Shown here one piece after another: positions 13,222-24,020 of a DNA stretch of 64,000 bases. This DNA comes from the human T2T-CHM13v2.0 reference genome, Homo sapiens. Made by a program: the position numbers and the translations under genes. Position 1 is the stretch's first letter. Every line of letters starts with the position of its first letter. The notes beneath the pieces were generated by a model, which was not told the DNA's origin, made no database searches, and saw nothing but the letters and a program-made list of their open reading frames with translations. Location: NCBI RefSeq assembly GCF_009914755.1, contig NC_060946.1. One strand, 5' to 3'.

Positions 13222-15540
13222 GTGAGTCATCTGCCTGTGTCCCCAGGGCCTTGGCTTTGCCTGACCCCTGTCTGGGGGAGTGCTGGTGTGTGAGGAGGTT
13301 CCAGCGCAAGTCAGGGTGGCCTGGAAGCCTGGGCTGCACCCTCCTGTTGGCCTTCTCCCTGGGCATCTGGTAGGGGCATGAGAGAAGGGCCTGCAAGGAT
13401 GGATGGGGAGTTCCCAGGGGTGTGACCCTCTGAGACTGTGATGGCCTTGGGGGCTCAGGTGAGCCTGGGGCCTGTGAGCTGTGCAGATAGCCTGATGGAG
13501 GCAGCCCGTGGGGAGGAGCTGGGAGAGCCCCGTGGAGGCCACTGCATGCACCATGGCCCGGACAGCAGGAGGGAAAGGGCTCCGAGGGTCCCAGAGGGGG
13601 AGCTCTAGGGAGCAGGGAGACTGGGCCGTGTTGGCGTGCACGTTGCTTCTTTCTGCTGGTCCTCTCGGGGCCTGTGCTTGGGTTGTGGGACCTACTCCCG
13701 TGCTGGTTGGTTGTAGGGCCAAGCCCAGAGCTGATGGTCCCTTCAGAGCAGGGGTCTGAGTCCCACAGCACTGGGGAAGGAGCTTGGAGCTCCCCTGGCC
13801 AAAGACCCCAGGCTGTTGACTACCCTCCTGAACCCCCGTTCAGGCCTCCCTCTACCCTTTGGGGCTGCTCCCTGTATGTCCTTTATGTTCAGCCTGGTTG
13901 CAGGGGAGGGCGCATTCAGGTGGGGACAGTCACCTGGGCCTGGGTACTGAGGTCCACTGTCTGGTGAAGTCCTGGGACCCGGCTTCCGGCAGCCTCCTCT
14001 GCCTCTCGGGTGGATGGGAATCAGGGCCCAGACAGAGGCTTGAGGTGGCTTTCTCCACCCAGGCCTGTATATTTGCTCCACGTCCGTGTACCTGATGCCC
14101 ATCCCTCCCTCTCTCTCGACCCACTGGGCTTTCCCTGGGTGAGGACACATCTGCCAGGCCCTTGGCCCAGCCCTCTTGAGGTCCCCTTGCTGCCTCTTGC
14201 CCCAGCCCAGGTGAAGGGCTTCCCCAGTGTCTTCTCAGGTATTAAAAACAGGTGACAAGGTCTCCTCCAGTGACCTTTTCTGCATGCCTTTGGGGCAGAC
14301 ATACAAGCTATTTCTGGAATCTTCTGGCTCTGCCCTCTAGCTCGTTAGTGGGGCTCCCAGGGTGCTGTGTTGCAGCCCAGGTGCTGCTCCAGTTGTGGAA
14401 GAAGTGATGGCTGGTTGATCATCCCGCAGGCTGGGGCCCTGTTGATCAAACAGCTGCAAACCCAGCTGTGTCCTGCTGTGCACCCAGAGGGCCCTGGGAG
14501 TGAGCGGGTCCACTTGGTTCCTGATGGGCTTTGTTTCCCTTAATTATCTAAAATTATTTATTTAAGAATATATCCTCTAATATTGGGGGGAGATTTATGT
14601 CAACCTCATCAGTTTGTAATTTGCAGAATTCTTGATGAATCCTTTCCCTTTTGAAAACACTTCTCACCCGGCTCCAGCACCATCGCCGGATGACCAGAAA
14701 CAGCTGCTCACTAAACGTTATGTGCGTCCCGCTGTGGGTCTCTGGGATGGGTCTTCCAGACCTAGAGAGACAGCCTCTCCTAGCCCGTGGCTCAGGCGGC
14801 AACGTGTCTCCCATGATGCTGAGCCGTGTGTGCCTCACGGAGTTTTCTCTCCATTCATATCTTTACTTCTGCAGTTTCCGGGGAGTATGGTGCTTAAGTC
14901 TCATCTCTTACTTCCTAGTCAGAGATTTATGGCAATTTCGCTTCAGTTTGCTCCTGGGTTGGATAAGGGTGATGATAAAATCCTCGTGTAGTTGTGGGAT
15001 GAGAGGAGTGGTTTGCATAAAGTCCCGCATACTCTAGAAATCACCAAGAACTTAACAGATGGTGGCAATGGTGACTTCAACTCCCAAAAAGAAATCATTC
15101 ACTTCATGACAAAAGCAAATGAGAAGTCCCCTCAAACCAGCAGCCCCTGGTCTGTACCTGGGCCCCTGTCACCTGGTGGCACTGGGAGCTGTGCACAGGC
15201 CCAGATATCTGCAGTTGGAGCCTGTTTTGCTGGTAAACTCTTGTATCGTTCAGGACACAGGCTGGGCGCTGATGGAACACAGAGAACAGTATTTGCTCTG
15301 TTCTGCAGACCCGGAAGCTGTCTGGGGAGATGGGGCACACAGACATGAATTGTACTGAATTGTGTCCAGTGCCAGCACAGTTGTAAGCCTTTCTTCTGTG
15401 CTAATTCTCACTAGAGACACGTGAGCGAGCACTGTTTTTATGCCTGTTTTATCAATGAGGACACAGAGGTCACAAAGAGGTTATGTCAGGACAGAGTCAG
15501 TGTACAGGGTGGGTCTGGTCTGGGTTGGGTACAGGACAGT

Positions 15541-15611
15541 CTTGGGGAGTTCCTTCCTTCCAGCAATGCTAAGCTTGGGGAGTTCCTTCCTTCCTTCCAG
15601 CAATGCTAAGC
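15541..15611. repeat. Short tandem duplication (~33-37 bp x2)
   Basis: cttggggagttccttccttcc(ttcc)agcaatgctaag occurs twice in tandem. Confidence 0.8.
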
Positions 15612-16499
15612 AGATTGCAGAGGTAGAATCAGCAGGTGCTGTGAACAGCTGCAGATTGGAGTTGGAAGGAGTAGGAGGTGTCCAGTCTGACCGTTGAAAT
15701 TCTCCAACAAGGGGCCAAGACAAGAGTGAAAGGTGCCAAGACAAGTGTGGCCAGACAGTGGTCCCTCTAGGGTTGGCATAGCCCCAAAGAGTGGAGAAGG
15801 GCTTGGGGTTGGGTGCAGCCTGAGTGATGGGTGGGGTGCAGTGGGGCTGCTGAATGAGAGGGCCGGTGCAGCAGCCAGGTGGACATGAGTGCTGCCCCAG
15901 CCCTTGCTGCATGCTGCACGCACTGGTCCTCAGTGGACCCACAGGGGGCGAGAGCTGCTTATGTCCTGGGGGAGCCATCCAACCAGGGCTCTGATGGTCC
16001 TGAGATACACGTATTAGTTTAACAGTTTCCAAGTCACTTTGATCTTCTGTGGAAACCTGCTTGTACATCAGGGTCTGTCCTCGGGCTGTGACCCGCTGTG
16101 AACAGCTTCCCTTCCAGTGCGGTACAGATAGCCAAGAGTGGCCTGTATGTGCTGAGAACAGTGACAGGACGAAGGGAAATGGAGGGAAATCCAGGGAGAC
16201 TGTGGTCTCTGAATCGTTTGTCTGTCCTGTGCCCTGGTCTTCTCCCTCATGGTCAGAGTGGCCTTTCCTTAAGTGAGGTCCACAGGGTCACCTGGAGTCT
16301 CCTTGAGGCTAGAGAGGCTGCCTGGGGTGGGGTCTGAGTTCTGGGGTGAGGGCCTTGTCTTGGGAGCCTGGGGTGGGAGCTCAAGGAGGGAGGGGAGCGG
16401 TGGCCTCTGTCAGCATCACGGGTGGCCGGGTTGGGGAGGACATGGCAGTGGGGCAGGAGGTGGCCCAGGCAGCTGAGATGGAGCCTCCTTGCTGTGCAG

Positions 16500-16630
16500 A
16501 GAAGCTGGACGAGATGCTGGCAGCCGCCGCAGAGCCAACGCTGCGGCCAGACATCGCAGACGCAGACTCCAGAGCCGCCACCGTCAAACAGAGGCCCACC
16601 AGTCGGAGGATCACACCCGCCGAGATTAGC
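16500..16630 (+). CDS. SHANK3: SHANK3 exon 19
   Basis: tgcAG|AG AAG ... ATT AGC|GTAAG; encodes EKLDEMLAAAAEPTLRPDIADADSRAATVKQRPTSRRITPAEIS. Confidence 0.95.
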
Positions 16631-17251
16631 GTAAGGGCCACGGGCGGCTGGGAGCGCTGGGTCGGGCAGGCATGGGGGTCAGACTGTCCTGGGCCCTCTT
16701 GACGGAGGTGAGAGCCTATCATGTGGACCCCTCTCCAGAGGGGTGTGTGCACCCCATGGCCTCTCTCAGAGACTCTTGGGGCTGTCTCTGCCCCCTAAAT
16801 GGCCACAGCTCAGCACCTGCTGGGTTTGCTCTTGTAGCTTTTGGTGCCTCTGCCTTCAGGCAGTCCCTGTCTCACGCCTGAGACCACCAAGGTACCCCAG
16901 CTCCGCTGAGAACACGACAAAGCATGTCTCTGTTCCCTGCCCACTTGCCAACCCGGCGCCTTCTAGGCTCCTCCCCCACCCTCACCCAGGGTCGGCCAGG
17001 GTCTGCACCCACCCTGCCCAACACCGTCTACACTGTACCACCATCTGCACTGCCCACACAGCCCAGGCTCCAATGGGCTGCATCCTCTGCTCCCTGAGGG
17101 CAGAGTCCAGACGTGATTCCTGGGTCCAGGCACCCACAGGCACTAGTGCCATTGGAGTGAGAGCGTGGGGTGTCTCACCTCTGGCTTAGGAGGAGGACTG
17201 GGGGCCCCCAGTGCCCTGGAACCTCCATATTCCCCTCCCTGACCCCCACAG

Positions 17252-17336
17252 TCATTGTTTGAACGCCAGGGCCTCCCAGGCCCAGAGAAGCTGCCGGGCT
17301 CCTTGCGGAAGGGGATTCCACGGACCAAGTCTGTAG
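17252..17336 (+). CDS. SHANK3: SHANK3 exon 20
   Basis: cacAG|TCA TTG ... GTA G|GT; encodes SLFERQGLPGPEKLPGSLRKGIPRTKSV. Confidence 0.95.
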
Positions 17337-17559
17337 GTATGGCTGCGCTGTGGGGCTGCATGGGGTGGGGAGGAACGGGGCTGGGGCCGGCAGGGTGGAC
17401 TTGGGTTTGAAGGACACTGCCTCTCTCTGCCCATAACTGGGGTTTCCAGTTTCCCTCTCAGTCCTGTCTCTTCCTGGCCCCAGCTAAAGGATCTCATACG
17501 TTGATGGACATGTGGGGATTAGGCCTTCCCCAACCCAGAGCTTTCCCCCGGCAGCCGAC

Positions 17560-17795
17560 ACTCCCTGTCCAGTGGGCACCGCCCCCCATCGCCTCATCCC
17601 TCCCATGGGCAGTCTCATCCCTGTCCCCAGCTGCCACTCCCTGTCCACTGGGCACCCCCACCTCCCCATCACCTCTCATCCCTCCCATGGGCAGCCTCAT
17701 CCCTGTCCCCAGCTGCCACTCCCTGTCCACTGGGCACCCCCACCTCCCCATCACCTCTCATCCTTCCCATGGGCAGCCTCATCCCTGTCCCCAGC
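17560..17795. repeat. ~82-bp C-rich tandem repeat, ~3 copies
   Basis: ctccctgtccactgggcacccc...cccatgggcagcctcatccctgtccccagctgcca repeated; identical ORF starts 82 bp apart (17672, 17754). Confidence 0.85.
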
Positions 17796-18569
17796 TCAGC
17801 TGCCTCCATCGCGGTTGCTCCCTTGCAGCCCAAGTGCATGTGAAGTTTCTGACCCTCAAACCCCCTGAACTTGCCTCTCCCCTACTTCTCCATGTATTGC
17901 TGTCTCCCCCCTTCACAGCCAGTTTTCCCCAAAAAGTCACCTCTACTGTCCATCTTGTCTCCCGTCCCCCACCGGCTCCTCAGCCTGCGGCAGACTTCCT
18001 CTCTCCATACCCAAATTGAAACTGCTCCCACCAGGGTCACCGGCGGCCTCCAGGGCCTTCCTCCCCATGGATGCATGGCCAGCACTCCTGCTGACCTCAG
18101 CTGGCATTTGGTTTCTTTGCTCCTTCTTCCGTGAAACGCTCCTCCCCAAAGCTTTAGGACAACACTTACTGGTTTTCCCCTCCTTTCTCAGATGGCACCT
18201 ATTTCAACCCTGCCGCCCCAGCCTCCCAAATATGGGACCTTTTCAAGGCTGTGTCTTCAGCCTCCTTCCCCTCTGTGCCTCACCACTCCCCAGCCACCAT
18301 CACACCCCACACTCACCGTCTCCTTTCCTGACCCAGATGGGGACATGTAACAAGCCCTGCCCACTGTGCATCCCTCCAGACATCCACTCTCCCGTCCCCT
18401 GCCCACCTGTGCATCTGTCCACCCACACACCTGCCCACTTGACCGTCCGTTGTCCATACAAACCCCAGCACACCTCCCATCTGTTACACATAGGAGTAAA
18501 CCTCTCAGCACTTACTACGGGCTGGACACTGAGCATTTAATACTTAGAATAACCATATTGAGGTTGAGA

Positions 18570-18665
18570 CCACTAGTACCTCCATTTTACAGATGAGAAA
18601 ACTGAAGCAAGGAGGGTAAATGACCTGCCCAAGATCACACAGCTGCCCAAACTCGGATTCCTCAC
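18570..18665. mobile_element. MIR fragment
   Basis: ccattttacagatgagaaaactgaagc...aaatgacctgcccaagatcacacagc is the MIR core. Confidence 0.75.
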
Positions 18666-21499
18666 CTGCCTCAGGACCCTGCCAATTTGTGTTCACACAA
18701 GGCCGATCCTGGGCCAAGTCTGGGGCTTGGTTAGGGAATGTGACGTGTGCAGAGAGCTCAGCGGGCACATTGTGGGTGCCAGGGCTCACGGACCAATGGA
18801 GCCCACTGGGGGGCTCCAAGCACACCTGGTGTCACAGAAGGCTGTGTGTGTCGGGGTGGGGGTACTTTTGAGCTAAGATGTGCAAGATAAATGGGAGTTT
18901 CTGGGCGATAATGGGGTGAACTGACAGAGCAGTGTGGAAAAGGCATATGGGTGTGTGACCTGGTCCCTCAGAGACTGCCAAGAGTTATTTCTGTAGGTGG
19001 GATTGTGGGGAAGAAGGCTGGTGAGGCTGCAGCTACTTTGGAGCTGAGAAGCGCTCTCCCCTGCTCTCCCTGGCCTAAACACTGAGTGTCTTCCATGGTT
19101 TCTTTCTTATCCTCTGCCTCACCTGATGTGTCGGGGTGGGTGGCCTCACAGCCCTGCCCTGCACAGGTCTCATCACCTTGCAGCTGGACCATGGCTTTGT
19201 TCTCATGACTGCCTGCCCTGGCTCTGCCCTCTGGTCCATCCCTCTGGCCAAATCAGGCTTTCCGCAGAGCTGCTATCACCCCATATCCGTCCAGCTTGAC
19301 CCTCTGTGCACTCCTCATTGCCTCAGGGCCCTGGAGATCGGCCCCAGTGCTCTCCTGCTTCATCTGGAAACATTTGTCTCTGCCTCCCTTGACCTGGGTC
19401 TTCTGACTCTTGCTGTTCCTGGGCCCGACCCTGCAGGTCTAGGTCCATGCACCTGCCCTGCAGGCCTTGAGCCACTCTCCTAGGACTGCCAGTTCTGCAC
19501 TGGTCCCTCAGGCACCCTCTTGTACTCGGTTGATGGATGGGTGGACAGGTGCTCCTTTTTGGCTCCTCTTGGCCTGCTGGGCCTCAGCTGCCAGCATGCA
19601 CATTGGTTGGGTTGTCAGACTCCCCAGGCCCCTGCCCCATGCCCTGGCTCTGTTGCTCTGGGCACACGATGCAGCCCTTGAAACATCAGGATTTTGATCC
19701 ATAAACATGGAGACCACCTATTACCCACCTCCAAGGACCACTCTGAGTCTCCCCCGGTAGATGGCACTCACAGACCGCGTGGCATGCTGGGAGTGCTCAG
19801 CAGCTGCCAGTGTTAGTAGATGTAGATGCTGCCTCTTGAGGTTGGCACACAGTGGGTGCTCGAGAAATGCTCTCTGCTATGACCTAGGCAGACAAAGAGG
19901 GTCTGCCTCTGCCCCCAAGGGGTCCCACCCCCGCCCCAGATGGTATCAGAACAGATTCCCCATTCCATGCTGAGGCAAGTGACTTTTCTTTACCCTAAGT
20001 CAGAACTTGGCATGCTATTAGCATTAAGTTTCCCCTTATTTCATCTTTGCACGTCACTCCCGCCTTCTGCATCCTCAAGGTGCGCTCATTCTGCGTCGCT
20101 CCATCTAACACATAGGCTGTGGGTGTTCACTGCGTGTTCATACACAGTGCAGGGAATGCAGCAGGAGACCCAGGACGAACTGGGCACAATTTCTCTGTCC
20201 AGCGGTTGGGGATGGGGGGAAGGCAGACCTAAAAATCACGATGATGATGACCTCGGCCCCCTTCCCCCATTCCCAGGATACTGCTGCAGTTCAGCCCTGC
20301 ACTGTAAAGGTGAAATCGCCCCACAATAGTTGCAGGCTGTCCTCTTGACATGAGGAAACTGAAGTTCCTAGAGGCTTCTGAAGTTCCTGGCAGATCTAAA
20401 ATTCAAGCCTAGGTCTGTACACAAAAGCCCACCCTTGGTACCTTGGCTACAAAGAGATATTATGCCCAGCAAGAAGCAGTGTAGTACTGGAGGCCTCATT
20501 AGCACTGCGGTGGCTGGAGGAGGATGCGATCAGGAACAGGCAGTCTGTATTTTAGCGAGTTCATAAAAATGTTGACCAATCTCAGAGTGAGGCTGGGAAC
20601 AGGAGCACCACGAGACCTGGGTGTGTGGGTGTGGGGCCGTCCGCCCCCTGCAGCCTCACTGAACACACCTGCAGCACGTGTGTCCGCATCATGATGTCCA
20701 CAGGGGTGTTCAGGAGGTTGTGTCAGGTTCTGCTGGACAGCAGGAGCATGAGGGCCCTGAGCACTCCAGCCCCTGCACAGGACCCTAACAATGATGTCTG
20801 AGCAAGGCATGCAGAGGGGGGTTACTGAAGCTCAAAGGGGCTCAGGGCCTGGCCTGGGGTCACGCTGCCAGTAGGGGTTAAAATGAAACATGCTGGGTGC
20901 TCAGCCTGCAGTTCCATTTTGATTGATCCGTCCGTTCTTCCCTTCACCCACTCACCCATGCGGGTCTCTGGGAGGAGCCTCTCAAGGCTTCCTCCACAGG
21001 GCACCTCCTTACCTGGGTGGGCATTAGGTCTTTCTCTGCTGGAGGCCTGGCTCCAGTGGCCACAGCCCTGCTGCCCCTCACCCTGCCAGTGTGTCACTCC
21101 TGCTCATTTCCGACTATCTTCCTCTCACCTCTGGTTGCCTCCAGGGCTGGTACTTCTGCGTCGGCCTTGTTGATTCTGGGGTGGGGAGCCCTGTACTGGC
21201 CCCTCCAAGCCCCTCAGCAGTTCTGTCCCCATGTCTTGCGGGGCTGTCCCTGCCTTTCTGGGATATCTTCTCAGGGCCTGCTTGATGACCCTGGGTTTGG
21301 GCAGGTCTTGGCCCCAACCCAGGCCGTCAGAGTTTGTGTCCTTTCTCAGGGGTCCCCGGTGGGGCCCTCCTCCATCCTGTAACTGAACGCACACCTCTCT
21401 CCTGTCCTCTTCACAAGAGCCCTCCCCGTGCAGCCCTGGGCCTGGGGCACAGAGCTTGGGCATCCAGGGACCAGCCCAGACCAGGGTCTTGCTCGGAGC

Positions 21500-22900
21500 C
21501 CGGGCTCTGGGCTCCCTGTTTCTCCCCTGCCCTCCATTCCCCGCCCACCACGGGTCCCAACCCCATCTTCCCGAGCATTCTAGCTCCTCGCGCCGGGTTC
21601 TGCCGCGGGCGTCCATTGTGTCCGGACGGTGGCTTCCCCGGGGTGGAGTCGGGTCAAGGCTGGCCTCTGTGGGAGGGGGTTGCCGGGGTCCCCAGGAACC
21701 TCTCCGAAGGCAGCACCACCCCCCGCCCAGCGCCCTGGCTGGTCTCACCGGCCCTTCCGTCCGCAGGGGAGGACGAGAAGCTGGCGTCCCTGCTGGAAGG
21801 GCGCTTCCCGCGGAGCACCTCGATGCAAGACCCGGTGCGCGAGGGTCGCGGCATCCCGCCCCCGCCGCAGACCGCGCCGCCTCCCCCGCCCGCGCCCTAC
21901 TACTTCGACTCGGGGCCGCCCCCGGCCTTCTCGCCGCCGCCCCCGCCGGGCCGCGCCTACGACACGGTGCGCTCCAGCTTCAAGCCCGGCCTGGAGGCGC
22001 GCCTGGGCGCGGGCGCTGCCGGCCTGTACGAGCCGGGCGCGGCCCTCGGCCCGCTGCCGTATCCCGAGCGGCAGAAGCGCGCGCGCTCCATGATCATCCT
22101 GCAGGACTCGGCGCCCGAGTCGGGCGACGCCCCTCGACCCCCGCCCGCGGCCACCCCGCCCGAGCGACCCAAGCGCCGGCCGCGGCCGCCCGGCCCCGAC
22201 AGCCCCTACGCCAACCTGGGCGCCTTCAGCGCCAGCCTCTTCGCTCCGTCCAAGCCGCAGCGCCGCAAGAGCCCCCTGGTGAAGCAGCTGCAGGTGGAGG
22301 ACGCGCAGGAGCGCGCGGCCCTGGCCGTGGGCAGCCCCGGTCCCGGCGGCGGCAGCTTCGCCCGCGAGCCCTCCCCGACCCACCGCGGTCCGCGCCCGGG
22401 TGGCCTCGACTACGGCGCGGGCGATGGCCCGGGGCTCGCGTTCGGCGGCCCGGGCCCGGCCAAGGACCGGCGGCTGGAGGAGCGGCGCCGCTCCACTGTG
22501 TTCCTGTCCGTGGGGGCCATCGAGGGCAGCGCCCCCGGCGCGGATCTGCCATCCCTACAGCCCTCCCGCTCCATCGACGAGCGCCTCCTGGGGACCGGCC
22601 CCACCGCCGGCCGCGACCTGCTGCTGCCCTCCCCGGTGTCTGCCCTGAAGCCGTTGGTCAGCGGCCCGAGCCTGGGGCCCTCGGGTTCCACCTTCATCCA
22701 CCCACTCACCGGCAAACCCCTGGACCCCAGCTCACCCCTGGCCCTTGCCCTGGCTGCCCGAGAGCGAGCTCTGGCCTCCCAGGCGCCCTCCCGGTCCCCC
22801 ACACCCGTGCACAGTCCCGACGCCGACCGCCCCGGACCCCTGTTTGTGGATGTACAGGCCCGGGACCCAGAGCGAGGGTCCCTGGCTTCCCCGGCTTTCT
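21500..22900. promoter_or_regulatory. Intragenic CpG island over the 5' part of exon 21
   Basis: Very high GC content and CpG density by inspection. Confidence 0.8.
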
Positions 22901-24020
22901 CCCCACGGAGCCCAGCCTGGATTCCTGTGCCTGCTCGCAGGGAGGCAGAGAAGGTCCCCCGGGAGGAGCGGAAGTCACCCGAGGACAAGAAGTCCATGAT
23001 CCTCAGCGTCCTGGACACATCCCTGCAGCGGCCAGCTGGCCTCATCGTTGTGCACGCCACCAGCAACGGGCAGGAGCCCAGCAGGCTGGGGGGGGCCGAA
23101 GAGGAGCGCCCGGGCACCCCGGAGTTGGCCCCGGCCCCCATGCAGTCAGCGGCTGTGGCAGAGCCCCTGCCCAGCCCCCGGGCCCAGCCCCCTGGTGGCA
23201 CCCCGGCAGACGCCGGGCCAGGCCAGGGCAGCTCAGAGGAAGAGCCAGAGCTGGTGTTTGCTGTGAACCTGCCACCTGCCCAGCTGTCGTCCAGCGATGA
23301 GGAGACCAGGGAGGAGCTGGCCCGAATTGGGTTGGTGCCACCCCCTGAAGAGTTTGCCAACGGGGTCCTGCTGGCCACCCCACTCGCTGGCCCGGGCCCC
23401 TCGCCCACCACGGTGCCCAGCCCGGCCTCAGGGAAGCCCAGCAGTGAGCCACCCCCTGCCCCTGAGTCTGCAGCCGACTCTGGGGTGGAGGAGGCTGACA
23501 CACGCAGCTCCAGCGACCCCCACCTGGAGACCACAAGCACCATCTCCACGGTGTCCAGCATGTCCACCTTGAGCTCGGAGAGCGGGGAACTCACTGACAC
23601 CCACACCTCCTTCGCTGACGGACACACTTTTCTACTCGAGAAGCCACCAGTGCCTCCCAAGCCCAAGCTCAAGTCCCCGCTGGGGAAGGGGCCGGTGACC
23701 TTCAGGGACCCGCTGCTGAAGCAGTCCTCGGACAGCGAGCTCATGGCCCAGCAGCACCACGCCGCCTCTGCCGGGCTGGCCTCTGCCGCCGGGCCTGCCC
23801 GCCCTCGCTACCTCTTCCAGAGAAGGTCCAAGCTATGGGGGGACCCCGTGGAGAGCCGGGGGCTCCCTGGGCCTGAAGACGACAAACCAACTGTGATCAG
23901 TGAGCTCAGCTCCCGCCTGCAGCAGCTGAACAAGGACACGCGTTCCCTGGGGGAGGAACCAGTTGGTGGCCTGGGCAGCCTGCTGGACCCTGCCAAGAAG
24001 TCGCCCATCGCAGCAGCTCG
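21767..24020 (+). CDS. SHANK3: SHANK3 exon 21 (2254 bp; proline-rich region with Homer motif PPEEF at 23341-23355 and cortactin motif KPPVPPKP at 23641-23664)
   Basis: ccgcAG|GG GAG GAC GAG AAG ... GCT CG|GTGAG; lies within ORF 21334..24024. Confidence 0.98.

Noticed and set aside
12234-13722. His/Cys/Thr-rich ORFs up to 453 aa
   Set aside because: Translations of the GT-rich minisatellite; unit length varies and is not a fixed multiple of 3.
21334-21766. 144-aa in-frame upstream extension of the exon 21 ORF
   Set aside because: Starts at a non-ATG codon in GC-rich intron; a clear acceptor at 21765-21766 is in phase with exon 20. Stop-free stretches are expected at this GC content.
21456-23744. 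Long overlapping ORFs (614 aa on +, 444 aa on -) over exon 21
   Set aside because: Shadow frames of an extremely GC-rich coding exon; low-complexity R/P/G/A products with no domain features.
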